A stretch of DNA of 64,000 nt from Anaeromyxobacteraceae bacterium. GTDB lineage: Bacteria; Myxococcota; Myxococcia; Myxococcales; Anaeromyxobacteraceae. The position numbers were made by a program, and so were the translations under genes. Shown here one piece after another: positions 54,052 through 63,304 of the stretch. The DNA lies in assembly GCA_032654565.1 (NCBI GenBank), contig JAULAX010000017.1, forward strand, positions 160,001-224,000, read 5' to 3'. Each line of letters begins with the position of its first letter. The stretch's first letter is position 1. The notes beneath the pieces are model-generated. The model ran no database searches. It was not told the DNA's origin and worked only from the letters and a program-made list of their open reading frames with translations.

Positions 54052-54669
54052 ATGGAGCGCAGCCGGGTGGTGAAGGTGGGCAAGGGGGCGGAAGCACGGC
54101 CACGGCGGCGCATCTCGGCCGCCGAGTGGATGGGGGCGGAGCGGGCCGAGGCCCTGGTGGCCAGCGCCGAAGCCGAGGCGGAGGCGGTCCGCGACGCGGC
54201 CGGCCAGGTCCGCGCCGCGGCCCGCGAGGAGGGACACGCCGAGGGGCTGCGGGCGGCCGCCGCCCAGGTGGAGGAGCGCGTGGCCTCGCTGGCCGAGGCC
54301 CAGGCCCGCTGGCTGGCCCGCGCCGAGGTGGAGGCGCTCGACCTGGCGGTGGAGATGGCCCGGCGCATCCTCGGCCGGGAGCTGCGGCTCGACCCGGCCG
54401 CGGCCAGCGACGGGGCGGTGGCCACGCTCCGCGCCGCCGGGCGGCGGCGGACGCTCCGGGTTCGGCTCCACCCCGACGGCGTGGCCGGCCTGCGGGAGCG
54501 ACGGCCGGCGCTGGCCGAGGCGGGCGCCGGCGCCACCCTGGAGCTGGTGGCGGACCCGGCCCTGGCCCCCGGCGACGTGGTGGTGGAGACCGAGGCCGGG
54601 CAGGTGGACGGCCGGATCGCCACCCGCCTGGAGGGGTACCGGGCGGCGCTGGGCCGGGACGCGGCGTGA
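54052..54669 (+). CDS. FliH/SctL-family stator protein
   Basis: AREEGHAEG (AxxxGxxxG), RVRLHPD, DPALAPGDVVVET..G.VD. Confidence 0.85.
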   Translation: MERSRVVKVGKGAEARPRRRISAAEWMGAERAEALVASAEAEAEAVRDAAGQVRAAAREEGHAEGLRAAAAQVEERVASLAEAQARWLARAEVEALDLAVEMARRILGRELRLDPAAASDGAVATLRAAGRRRTLRVRLHPDGVAGLRERRPALAEAGAGATLELVADPALAPGDVVVETEAGQVDGRIATRLEGYRAALGRDAA

Positions 54670-55985
54670 CGGCGCCGTCCCTCCGGGATCGCCTCGACCG
54701 GCGGCTCGCCGCGCTGGACCGGGCCACGCCGCTGCGGCTCACCGGCCGGCTCACCCAGCTCTCCGGGCTGGCGCTGGAGGCGGCCCTGGCCGGGCCCAGG
54801 CTCGGTGACCTGGTCGAGGTGGAGCGGCCGGGCGCGCCGCTGCTGGCCGAGGTGGTCGGGCTGCGGGAGGAGCGGGCGGTGCTCCTGCCGCTCGGCGACC
54901 CGGCCGGCGTCGGGCTCGACGCCACGGTCCGCCCCCGCGGCGAGCCGCTCACCGTGGGCGTGGGGGAGGGGCTGCTGGGGCGGGTGCTCGACGGGCTGGG
55001 CCACCCCATCGACGGCCGGCCGCCGCCGGCGGGGCTGGTGCCCTGGCCGGTGGACCGGCCGCCGCCGCACCCGCTCACCCGCCGGCGAGTCGCCGAGCCG
55101 ATGCCGTTCGGCGTCCGGGCGCTCGACGGGCTGCTCACCGCCGGGCGGGGGCAGCGGCTCGGGCTCTTCGCCGGCGCCGGCGTCGGCAAGTCGACGCTGC
55201 TCGGGCAGATGGCTCGCGGCGCCCGGGCCGACCTCTCGGTGATCTGCCTGGTGGGGGAGCGGGGGCGCGAGGTCGGCGAGTTCCTCGAGGAGGCGCTGGG
55301 GCCGGACGGGCTGGCGCGGAGCGTGGTGGTGGTGGCCACCAGCGACGCCCCGGCGCTGGTCCGGCTGCGGGCGGCCCACGTGGCCACCGCCATCGCCGAG
55401 TGGTTCGCCGAGGGCGGGGCCGAGGTGCTCTTCCTGCTCGACTCGGTCACCCGGTTCGCCCGGGCCCAGCGGGAGGTGGGGCTGGCGGCCGGCGAGCCCC
55501 CGGCCCGTCAAGGCTACCCGGCCTCGGTCTTCCAAGCGCTGCCGCGGCTGCTGGAGCGGACCGGCAACCGGGCCCGGGGCGGGATCACCGCCGTCTACAC
55601 CGTGCTGGTGGCCGGCGGCGACCTGGAGGAGCCCATCGCCGACGAGGTGCGCGGCATCCTCGACGGCCACGTGGTGCTGGAACGGCGGCTGGCCGAGCGC
55701 GGCCGGTTCCCGGCCATCGACGTGCTGGGGAGTGTCTCGCGGGTCATGCCGCGGGTCACCAGCGCCCCCCACCGCGCGGCCGCGGCGAGGGTCCGCACGC
55801 TGCTGGCGGCGCTGGAGGCGAGCCGGGAGCTGGTCCAGCTGGGGGCCTACGAGGCGGGGCGCGACCCGGAGCTGGATCGGGCCCTGGCGCTCCAGGGGGA
55901 GCTGGAGGCCTTCCTGCGGCAGGGTGCGGAGGAGGACGAGCCCTTCGAGGCGACCCTGGCCCGGCTGGAGGCGCTGGCGTCATGA
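54666..55985 (+). CDS. FliI/SctN-family export ATPase
   Basis: GAGVGKST, GERGRE, LLDSVTR, GEPP, ILDGH. Confidence 0.95.
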   Translation: MTAPSLRDRLDRRLAALDRATPLRLTGRLTQLSGLALEAALAGPRLGDLVEVERPGAPLLAEVVGLREERAVLLPLGDPAGVGLDATVRPRGEPLTVGVGEGLLGRVLDGLGHPIDGRPPPAGLVPWPVDRPPPHPLTRRRVAEPMPFGVRALDGLLTAGRGQRLGLFAGAGVGKSTLLGQMARGARADLSVICLVGERGREVGEFLEEALGPDGLARSVVVVATSDAPALVRLRAAHVATAIAEWFAEGGAEVLFLLDSVTRFARAQREVGLAAGEPPARQGYPASVFQALPRLLERTGNRARGGITAVYTVLVAGGDLEEPIADEVRGILDGHVVLERRLAERGRFPAIDVLGSVSRVMPRVTSAPHRAAAARVRTLLAALEASRELVQLGAYEAGRDPELDRALALQGELEAFLRQGAEEDEPFEATLARLEALAS

Positions 55986-56419
55986 ACTGGAGGCTGGCGC
56001 GGCTGCTCGACCTGCGCCGCCGGCGGCGGGACGAGGCGGCGACGACGCTGGCGCGGGCGGTGGCCAGGCAGCAGGCGGCTGCGGCCGAGGCGCGGGCGCT
56101 CGAGCAGCAGGCCGACGGGACCACGGCCCGGGCGCTGCGGGCCGGGGTGGGGGGAGACGCGGCGCGGTGGGCGGCGCGGCTGCGGGGCGAGGCGGCGGCG
56201 CTCCTCCTCCAGGCGGCGCAGGCCGAGACCCGGGCCCGGCTCGAGGAGGCGGGGCTGGCCGGTCCCCGCGAGGCCCTGCGCCGCGCGGGGCTCGACCAGG
56301 GCGTGCTGGAGCGGCTGGAGTCGGCCTGGCTGGCGACGCGGCGGCAGGCGGCGGCACGACGCGCCGAGGCGGCGCTCGACGATCGGCCCTGGGTCCGTGG
56401 AGGCGCGGCGCCGCGGTGA
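55982..56419 (+). CDS. FliJ/SctO-like coiled-coil protein
   Basis: ATGA overlap with the ATPase gene; WRLARLLDLR start, LERL, C-terminal EAALDD; 145 aa. Confidence 0.7.
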   Translation: MNWRLARLLDLRRRRRDEAATTLARAVARQQAAAAEARALEQQADGTTARALRAGVGGDAARWAARLRGEAAALLLQAAQAETRARLEEAGLAGPREALRRAGLDQGVLERLESAWLATRRQAAARRAEAALDDRPWVRGGAAPR

Positions 56420-56440
56420 GGCCTGCGGGAGCTCCGCCGC

Positions 56441-57010
56441 TCAGCGCTTCTCGACCAGCGGGAGCGAGACCCGACCTTGCTGGCACTGCACCGTCAGCTT
56501 CAGCGGCCGGTAGGCGGCGCCGGGGGGCTGGTCGTCGCTCAGGAAGTCCTCGATCCGCGGGGTGACGGTGTCGCCCGGCCGGATGGTCCGGCGCTTCTCG
56601 TAGCGCCAGGTGTCGTCGAGGACCAGCACCACCTCGGTCCAGATGGTGCCGTCCGACTCGTTGCGGAGCGAGAGCACCTGGCCGACGCTGGTGGACTGGA
56701 GCCGGGCGGTGGCGCCGAGCGAGTTGGCCGGCCCCGAGGACGGGCAGGCCGCCCACAGGGTGACGAGGGCGAGCAGGGCCCAGGTGCCCACCACCGTGGC
56801 CTTGAGCCGGGCCGTCCGGTTGGACTTCTTCAGCCCGTCGACGACGTCCGAGGCCAGGTCGGTGGCCAGCCCCACGGCGGCGTCCCTGGCCCGGCCGGCG
56901 GCGGCCAGCGGCGCGGCGCTGCGGCTGGTCCTGGCCTGCGGCACGGGCGGCGGCGCGGGCCGGGGCACGGGAGGCGGCATGGGAGGCGGCATGGGCGGGG
57001 GCGTCGGCAT
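56441..57010 (-). CDS. Single-pass membrane protein with Pro-rich N-terminus
   Basis: MPTPPPMPPPMPPP, TM helix, beta-rich C-terminal domain. Confidence 0.65.
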   Translation of the reverse strand: MPTPPPMPPPMPPPVPRPAPPPVPQARTSRSAAPLAAAGRARDAAVGLATDLASDVVDGLKKSNRTARLKATVVGTWALLALVTLWAACPSSGPANSLGATARLQSTSVGQVLSLRNESDGTIWTEVVLVLDDTWRYEKRRTIRPGDTVTPRIEDFLSDDQPPGAAYRPLKLTVQCQQGRVSLPLVEKR

Positions 57011-57143
57011 CGTCGGGGAGGGTAGCCCTGGCGCCGGGGGTGGGACAAGCCTGGTGCGTCGAACCGCCCAGCGCTTCGGCTCGAGCGCTGCCAGGGTCGA
57101 CCTGGCGCCGCCGGCGAATGGCCCCGCGGAGTAGGATGGAGCG

Positions 57144-58070
57144 ATGGAGTCGATCCGGATGGCGCCCGAGGTGGCCGAGGCGCTGGCGCGCGGCGGACCG
57201 GTGGTGGCGCTGGAGACCAGCGTGGTGGCCCAGGGGCTCCCGCCCCCGGCCAACCTGGAGGCCGCCGCCCGCTGCGCCGCGGCGGTGCGCGCCGCCGGAG
57301 CCGTCCCCGCCGCCATCGGGCTCATCGACGGCGCCGTCGTCATCGGCCTCGACGAGGAGGGGCTGGCGAGGCTGGGCGATCCGTCCCGCCACCCCGCCAA
57401 GGCCGGGGCGCGCGACCTGGCCCCGCTGCTGCGCGCCCGGCGCGACGCCGGGATCACGGTCTCGGCCACGCTGGTCATCGCCGCCCGGACCGGGATCCGG
57501 CTCTTCGCCACCGGTGGGCTGGGGGGCGTCCACCGGCTGGCGGCCGGCGCCGTGCCGCGCGGCGCCGCCGACGTCTCGGCGGACCTCGGCGAGCTGGCGC
57601 GGAGCCCGGTCTGCGTGGTCTCGGCCGGCCCCAAGGCCATCCTCGACCTGCCGGCCACCGCCGAGGCGCTGGAGACGCTGGGCGTCCCGGTGATCGGCTA
57701 CCGGACCTCCGAGCTGCCGGCCTTCTTCACCGACGGCAGCGGCGTGCGGCTCGAGCACCGCGTCGAGGGGCCCGGCGAGGCCGCAGCGCTGCTCCGGCTC
57801 CACTTCGAGACGCTGGGGCGCCCGCAGGGGATCCTGCTGGCGGTGGCCCCGCCGGAGCCGCTACCGCGCGCCGAGGTGGAGGAGGCCATCCTGCGGGCCC
57901 TGGCCGGCGCCGCCCGCGCCGGGATCACCGGGCCGGCGCTGACCCCGTGGCTGCTCTCCGCGGTCGCCGAGGCCACGGGTGGACGCACCCGCCAGGCCAA
58001 CCTGGCCCTGCTGGAGCGGAACGCCGCCGTGGCCGGCGAAGTGGCGGTGGCGCTGGCCCGCCCGGGGTAG
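57144..58070 (+). CDS. psuG: Pseudouridine-5'-phosphate glycosidase
   Basis: [31 protein letters not shown]. Confidence 0.93.
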   Translation: MESIRMAPEVAEALARGGPVVALETSVVAQGLPPPANLEAAARCAAAVRAAGAVPAAIGLIDGAVVIGLDEEGLARLGDPSRHPAKAGARDLAPLLRARRDAGITVSATLVIAARTGIRLFATGGLGGVHRLAAGAVPRGAADVSADLGELARSPVCVVSAGPKAILDLPATAEALETLGVPVIGYRTSELPAFFTDGSGVRLEHRVEGPGEAAALLRLHFETLGRPQGILLAVAPPEPLPRAEVEEAILRALAGAARAGITGPALTPWLLSAVAEATGGRTRQANLALLERNAAVAGEVAVALARPG

Positions 58071-58079
58071 AATGCCAGG

Positions 58080-58943
58080 GTGTCTCCACCCACCTACCGC
58101 ACCCCGGTCCACGTCGCCGACCCGGCCTCGCTCCAGGCGCTGATCACGGCGCTCCAGCCGGAGCCGGTGCTGGCGCTCGACACCGAGTCCAACAGCTTCC
58201 ACGTCTACCGGGAGCGGGTCTGCCTGCTGCAGCTCTCGTCCCCGTCGGCCGACTACATCGTCGACCCCATCGCCGTCGACGTGCGGCCGCTCGGCGCGCT
58301 CCTCGGCGACGGCCGGGAGCTGGTGCTGCACGGCGCCGACTACGACGTCCGCTGCCTGCGGCGGGAGTACGGCTGGCGGCTGCCGCGCCTCTTCGACACC
58401 ATGGTGGCGGCGCGCCGCCTGGGGCGCCCCGGGCTGGGGCTGTCGGCGCTGGTGGAGGCCCGGTTCGGGGTGCGGATGTCGAAGGCCCACCAGCGCTCCG
58501 ACTGGGGCCGGCGGCCGCTCTCCCAGGAGCAGCTGGTCTACGCCTCGCTCGACACCCAGTTCCTCCTGCCCATCGCCGAGGAGTTCAAGGCGGAGCTGGC
58601 GGAGAAGAAGCTGACCGAGCAGGCCGAGCAGGAGTTCCTGCGCCTCTCCGAGGTGGTGGCCAGGGAGCGGGTCTTCGACACCGAGGGGTGGCGGCGGCTC
58701 AAGGGGGCCCGCGCCCTCGACGCCGCCGGGCAGGGGGTGCTGCGGGCGCTCTGGCTGGCCCGCGAGGCCCGCGCCGAGCAGGAGGACCGGCCGCCGTTCA
58801 AGGTGCTGGGCGAGCCGACCATGGTGGAGATCGCCAGGCTCAAGCCGGCCAGCCGCGCCGCGCTGGAGGCCATCCCCGGGATCACGCCGCAGGTGCTGCG
58901 GCGGCTCGGCGAGGCCATCGACGCCGCGCTGCGGACCACCTGA
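58080..58943 (+). CDS. rnd: Ribonuclease D (DEDDy exonuclease + HRDC)
   Basis: ALDTE, LHGADYD, SDWGRRPL, YASLD, HRDC segment. Confidence 0.9.
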   Translation: MSPPTYRTPVHVADPASLQALITALQPEPVLALDTESNSFHVYRERVCLLQLSSPSADYIVDPIAVDVRPLGALLGDGRELVLHGADYDVRCLRREYGWRLPRLFDTMVAARRLGRPGLGLSALVEARFGVRMSKAHQRSDWGRRPLSQEQLVYASLDTQFLLPIAEEFKAELAEKKLTEQAEQEFLRLSEVVARERVFDTEGWRRLKGARALDAAGQGVLRALWLAREARAEQEDRPPFKVLGEPTMVEIARLKPASRAALEAIPGITPQVLRRLGEAIDAALRTT

Positions 58944-58953
58944 GCCAGGCCGG

Positions 58954-61245
58954 CTAGAAGCCGACGCCGGCCCCGGCCGCCGGGATCGGCGCCGCGGCGT
59001 CGAGCAGCGGCGGCAGCCCCGCCAGCCGCCGGTAGACCTCGCGGGTGGAGAGCACCGTCTTCACGTAGGTCCGGGTCTCCTTGTAGGGGATGTTCTCCAC
59101 CCACTCGTCGAGCAGCTGGCCGGCGCGGGCGGCGCTCCAGGCGGCCGGCGGACCGGGGCCGGCGTTGTAGGCGGCGACGGCGCCGGCGTCGCTCCCGAAC
59201 CGCTCGCCCAGCAGGCCGAGGTAGAGCGCCGCCAGCGGCAGGTTGGTGGCCGGGTCGTCGAGCCCGTCGACGGTGGCGCCGGACAGGCCGACGAGCAGGC
59301 CGAGCCGGTCCGCCGTCCGCGGCAGCAGCTGGCCGAGCCCGACGGCGCCGGCCAGGCTGCGGGCCTCCGGGCGGAAGGCCGACTCGCGCCGCAGCAGCGA
59401 GAGGAGGAGCTCCTCGTCGACGCCGGCGCCGCGCGCCGAGGCCGCCACCTCCGGCTCGAAGGCGGCCGGAAAGAGCCAGCGCTCGCTGGCCTGGGTCTGC
59501 CCGAGCAGGTCGCGCGCCACGCGGAAGGCCAGGGCCGGCTCCCCGGCGAAGGTGGCGAGCCGGCAGACCTCCACGGCGGTGGCCCGGGAGGCGCCGCGCT
59601 GCGCCAGCCCCTCCAGCGCCGCCACCCCGGCGTCGCGCCAGCCGAGCGACAGGAGCGCCGCCGCCACGGCCAGGCGGCCGGCCGGGGCGGCCTCGAGCGG
59701 TCCGGGGGGGCGGAGCTCGACGGCCGGAACCGGCGACGGCGCGGCGCCGAGCGCGGCCAGCCGGCTGCGCGCCAGCCACCCGTACCAGCCGTCACCAGCG
59801 GCCAGGGCCGCCCGGCGCAGCCGCTCCCGGTTCCCGCCGAGTCGCCCCTGCCAGTAGAGGGCGGCGTCGGCCAGCGGGCCACGCTCCAGCCGGGAGAGCC
59901 GGGCCAGCGCCCCGCGCCGATCCCCGGCGCGCAGCATCGACCAGGCGGCGAACCACTGGGCGTCGTCGGCGCGCGGCGAGGCGGGGCGGGAGCGGGCGAA
60001 GGCGTCGAGCCGGGCCGTGGCCTTCGGGTAGTCGCCGGTGTCGTACCAGAGCCAGGCCGCCAGGTAGGCCGCCTCGTCGCCCAGCTCACGGCTGCGTCGC
60101 TCGCCCAGCCCGGGGACCGGCGCCTGGCCCTCGGCCACCTGCGCGTAGCGGCTGGTCGCCTCTTCGACCTGGCCGGCCCGGGAGGCGGCCCGGGCCAGCA
60201 GCCAGAGGGCGCCGCGGCGGACGCCGGGGTGGCGCGAGGCCGCCAGGGGCCGGGCCGCCTCCACCGCCTCGGCGAGCCGATCCAGGCCGGCCAGCGCCAG
60301 CAGCCGGACCAGGGCCGCCGGTTCGGCCGGGGCGGGCGGCAGGCTCCGGGGGGCCAGCTCGGCCTCGGCCAGCGCCTCGGCGGGCCGGCCGCGCTGCAGC
60401 AGCCGCTCGGCCCGGCGCAGCCGGTCCTCGCCGCCGAGCCGGGCGCGGGCGCCACCGGCGGCGGCCCAGCCGGCCAGCGCCGCCGCCGCCTCGGCCCCCT
60501 CGGGCCGGTCCGGCTCGTCGAGCGCCAGCCCCCGGTAGAGCACCAGCGCCTCCTCCTCCCGCCCCGCCAGCCGGCGGGCCCCGGCCAGGAGCAGCCGGCC
60601 GCGGCGGGCCTGGGCCTCGTCGGAGCCACTGCCCAGCAGCCCCTCGAGCCGCAGGGCGGCCGGGCCGACCCGCCCCGCCGCCAGCAGCCCCTCGGCCTCC
60701 AGCCAGCGCGCCCCCAGCGAGACCGACGCCGGCCCTCGCTGCGCCGCCTCGGCCAGCACCGGCAGCGCCTCGGCGGGCCGCCCGGCCCCGACCAGCGCCC
60801 GCCCCAGGGCGAGCCGCAGCGCCCCCTCCAGCCCTCCGGGCGGGGCGACCAGGGCCGCCCGCAGCGGCTCGATGGCCTCGGCCGGCCGCTCCACCGCCAG
60901 CAGCGCCAGCCCCTGGGTGGCGGCGGCGCTGGCCCCGATCGGCCCGTGGGGGAGGGCGGAGCGGGCCTGGCGGGCCGCCAGCTGGCTTGCGGCCGGGTCG
61001 CCGCGCCGGAGGGCCTCGGCGCTCCTGCCCAGGGCGGTGAGCGCTTCGCAGAGCGGTTCGGCGGCCAGCGCCGGGGCGGCGGCCAGCAGGGCGAGCAGGG
61101 CCAGGGCCGGGCGCCACCGGGAGCCTGACCTGGAGCCCGGATCCGGGCCGGAGGCGGGGGGGCTTGCAACCCCGGATCGCGACGCGCTATGGACGATGAA
61201 TCCCCTGACCTGGCCCTCACGATCATGGCGGCCAGCGTGCCTCAA
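58954..61245 (-). CDS. TPR-containing soluble lytic transglycosylase (start uncertain)
   Basis: RRESAF, GAVGLGQL, AAYNAG, ETRTYV; signal-peptide-like segment near 61120-61065. Confidence 0.85.
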   Translation of the reverse strand: MRHAGRHDREGQVRGFIVHSASRSGVASPPASGPDPGSRSGSRWRPALALLALLAAAPALAAEPLCEALTALGRSAEALRRGDPAASQLAARQARSALPHGPIGASAAATQGLALLAVERPAEAIEPLRAALVAPPGGLEGALRLALGRALVGAGRPAEALPVLAEAAQRGPASVSLGARWLEAEGLLAAGRVGPAALRLEGLLGSGSDEAQARRGRLLLAGARRLAGREEEALVLYRGLALDEPDRPEGAEAAAALAGWAAAGGARARLGGEDRLRRAERLLQRGRPAEALAEAELAPRSLPPAPAEPAALVRLLALAGLDRLAEAVEAARPLAASRHPGVRRGALWLLARAASRAGQVEEATSRYAQVAEGQAPVPGLGERRSRELGDEAAYLAAWLWYDTGDYPKATARLDAFARSRPASPRADDAQWFAAWSMLRAGDRRGALARLSRLERGPLADAALYWQGRLGGNRERLRRAALAAGDGWYGWLARSRLAALGAAPSPVPAVELRPPGPLEAAPAGRLAVAAALLSLGWRDAGVAALEGLAQRGASRATAVEVCRLATFAGEPALAFRVARDLLGQTQASERWLFPAAFEPEVAASARGAGVDEELLLSLLRRESAFRPEARSLAGAVGLGQLLPRTADRLGLLVGLSGATVDGLDDPATNLPLAALYLGLLGERFGSDAGAVAAYNAGPGPPAAWSAARAGQLLDEWVENIPYKETRTYVKTVLSTREVYRRLAGLPPLLDAAAPIPAAGAGVGF

Positions 61246-61281
61246 CGACGTGGTGGCTCCCCCGGCCACCAGGAGGTCGCC

Positions 61282-61506
61282 GTGCTCGCCAAGCCCTGCC
61301 CCACGGAACTGGTCAGCCTGATCAACCCGGACCGCGGCCTCGACGGCCAGCGGAACCTGTTCTGCACCCACTACGACGCCTGCCTCGACGAGGCCATCCG
61401 CCAGGGCTGGAACAGCTGGTGCTGCACCCGCTGCGGGCTGAGCGCCGTCGGCCCGGGCGAGGCCGACAGCATCGACACCTTCGCCACGCAGCGCCGGATG
61501 GCGTAG
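61282..61506 (+). CDS. Small Cys-rich hypothetical protein (74 aa)
   Basis: AGGAGG RBS before GTG; RNLFCTHYDACLD..WNSWCCTRC. Confidence 0.7.
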   Translation: MLAKPCPTELVSLINPDRGLDGQRNLFCTHYDACLDEAIRQGWNSWCCTRCGLSAVGPGEADSIDTFATQRRMA

Positions 61507-61526
61507 CGCGGCCCGAGGCGGGCGGC

Positions 61527-62801
61527 TCACCGGGCCGCCGCCGACAGCACCGGGTTCCCCGCCGCGTCGCGCGGGGGCTCCACGATCACCTCGGTCAGGT
61601 AGACCACCGGTCCTCCTCCCGGCAGCCGGGCGCGGGCGATGCCGACGCCGGCCAGGGTGGGACCCCTGGAGAGCAGGTTGTCGCGGTGGGCCGGGCTCTC
61701 CTCGGTGGCCTCGTGGGCGGAGAGCGCCGTCTGCCCCTTGGCCAGGTTCTCCAGCGCCTTGCGGAACGGGATGCGGGCGCGGCGCAGCCGCTCGCCGAGG
61801 TCGCCGGTGCCGGGCAGGACGTGCGCCAGCAACCCCAGCCGCAGCATCTCGGCGCTGTGGGCCCGGGCCACCGATCGCAGGGCGGGCGAGTGCTCGAGCG
61901 GCGGCAGCCCGTGGCGTCGCCGGGTCTCGTTCATGGCCTCGAGGACGCCGGCCTCGGCGGCGGCGGGGTCGTCCGGCTCCGGCTCGATCCTGGCCGCGGG
62001 GGGGGGCGGCAGCTCCGGGCCCGCGCTGACCGCCAGCAGCGCCAGCACCTCCGGGCCGTTGAGGCCGCGCCCCACCACCTCGACCAGCCAGCGCCCCGGC
62101 CGGTCGAAGCGCAGCTCCGCCCTGAAGCGCCGGGCGCCGGTGACGGGTCGCTCCAGGACGGTGCCGTCGGGGGCGGTCACGAAGAGGCGGGGCTCGGCGA
62201 GGCCGGTGACCAGCTCTCCCTCCAGCACGGCCGCCTCGCCCACCGCCACGGCGCGGGGGAAGGGGCGCAGCGGCGCCCGGCGCGGCGAGGCCAGCACCAC
62301 CAGCCAGGCAGTCCCGCCGCGCTCCACCACGCCGGCCCCGAGGTGGCTGGCGAAGGAGCGGCTGGTGATCACCGGCGGCAGGGCCTCGGCCACCCGGGCC
62401 GGTGGGCCGGAGATCAGGTAGGCCAGCGGCGCCGGGTCGGCCGCGGCGGCGCTCCAGAGCGCCGACCGGAGGTGGGCCCGCGAGAGCGGCGACGGATCGC
62501 CGGCGGCGGCCAGCGCCGCCAGCTCGCGGGCGGCCAGGGAGAGCACGGCGGAGCGGGCCGGGGCGGGGTCTCCCGGGCGATGGAGCAGCGGCCCGGCCAG
62601 GGCCATGGCGCGAAGCTCCACGGCGGAGAGCTCGATGGCCGGCTCGAGGCCGTAGCGGAGCCTGGCGAGCGACGCCGGCGGGGCGCCGACGCCGGGCGTG
62701 GCGCCGGGACCAGCGGCGGGGGCGGCGCGGGGCGGGGCGGCGGCGCACCCGGCGGCCGCGACCAGCGCCACGGCGTGGAGGAGGGCGCGCCCCGGGGTCA
62801 C
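61527..62801 (-). CDS. CAP/SCP domain lipoprotein
   Basis: Lipobox AAGC; NETRRRHGLPPL, ARAHS, ENLA, SPAHRDNLL. Confidence 0.85.
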   Translation of the reverse strand: MTPGRALLHAVALVAAAGCAAAPPRAAPAAGPGATPGVGAPPASLARLRYGLEPAIELSAVELRAMALAGPLLHRPGDPAPARSAVLSLAARELAALAAAGDPSPLSRAHLRSALWSAAAADPAPLAYLISGPPARVAEALPPVITSRSFASHLGAGVVERGGTAWLVVLASPRRAPLRPFPRAVAVGEAAVLEGELVTGLAEPRLFVTAPDGTVLERPVTGARRFRAELRFDRPGRWLVEVVGRGLNGPEVLALLAVSAGPELPPPPAARIEPEPDDPAAAEAGVLEAMNETRRRHGLPPLEHSPALRSVARAHSAEMLRLGLLAHVLPGTGDLGERLRRARIPFRKALENLAKGQTALSAHEATEESPAHRDNLLSRGPTLAGVGIARARLPGGGPVVYLTEVIVEPPRDAAGNPVLSAAAR

Positions 62802-62856
62802 GGCGCCGCCCGGTGGCGTGCGGTGCGGCCGGGGAGGGGCGGGGCCGGCGCGGCCG

Positions 62857-63165
62857 TCACGCCGGGCCCCCGGTCGAGCCGACGCGGATGTCCAGGCCGG
62901 GCGCGGCGACGCGGCCGAGCCGGGCGTTGACCCGGGCGCAGAGCTCGCCGGAGAGCGCCTCGACCTGCGCCGCCCAGGCGGCGTCGGTGACCACCACCAG
63001 CAGCCGCCCGTCGCGCATGACGCCCCGGAAGGAGGCCGAGCGGCTCAGCCGCCGGCCGCAGGCCTCGACGAAGGCCGCGGCGATGGCCGCCTCGCCGGTC
63101 TCGCGGTGGCGCCCCAGCACCTCGGCCAGCGCCGTCGCCACCGATTTCCGCTGTCCGCGCTTCAT
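62857..63165 (-). CDS. DUF721/DciA-family protein
   Basis: ACG..LSR..DGRLLVVVTDAAWAAQV..L..RVN pattern; upstream TTGACG-N17-TAGCTT. Confidence 0.7.
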   Translation of the reverse strand: MKRGQRKSVATALAEVLGRHRETGEAAIAAAFVEACGRRLSRSASFRGVMRDGRLLVVVTDAAWAAQVEALSGELCARVNARLGRVAAPGLDIRVGSTGGPA

Positions 63166-63304
63166 GTTGCGAAGCTAGAGGCCGGGGGCGTGGCCGTCAA
63201 GGCGCCGCCGGGATCGGCGCGCTGGAGCGCAGGTGCGGCAAGGGGTCGCGCGGGGTCGCAGCGCTCGTGTGCTGTGCTACCTTCGGGTGCGGTCCCCTCA
63301 GGAA

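Noticed and set aside
61156..61170. Frameshift or phase variation at G7 in the transglycosylase 5' end
   Set aside because: An in-frame TTG at 61245 with an upstream GGAG explains the start without a frameshift
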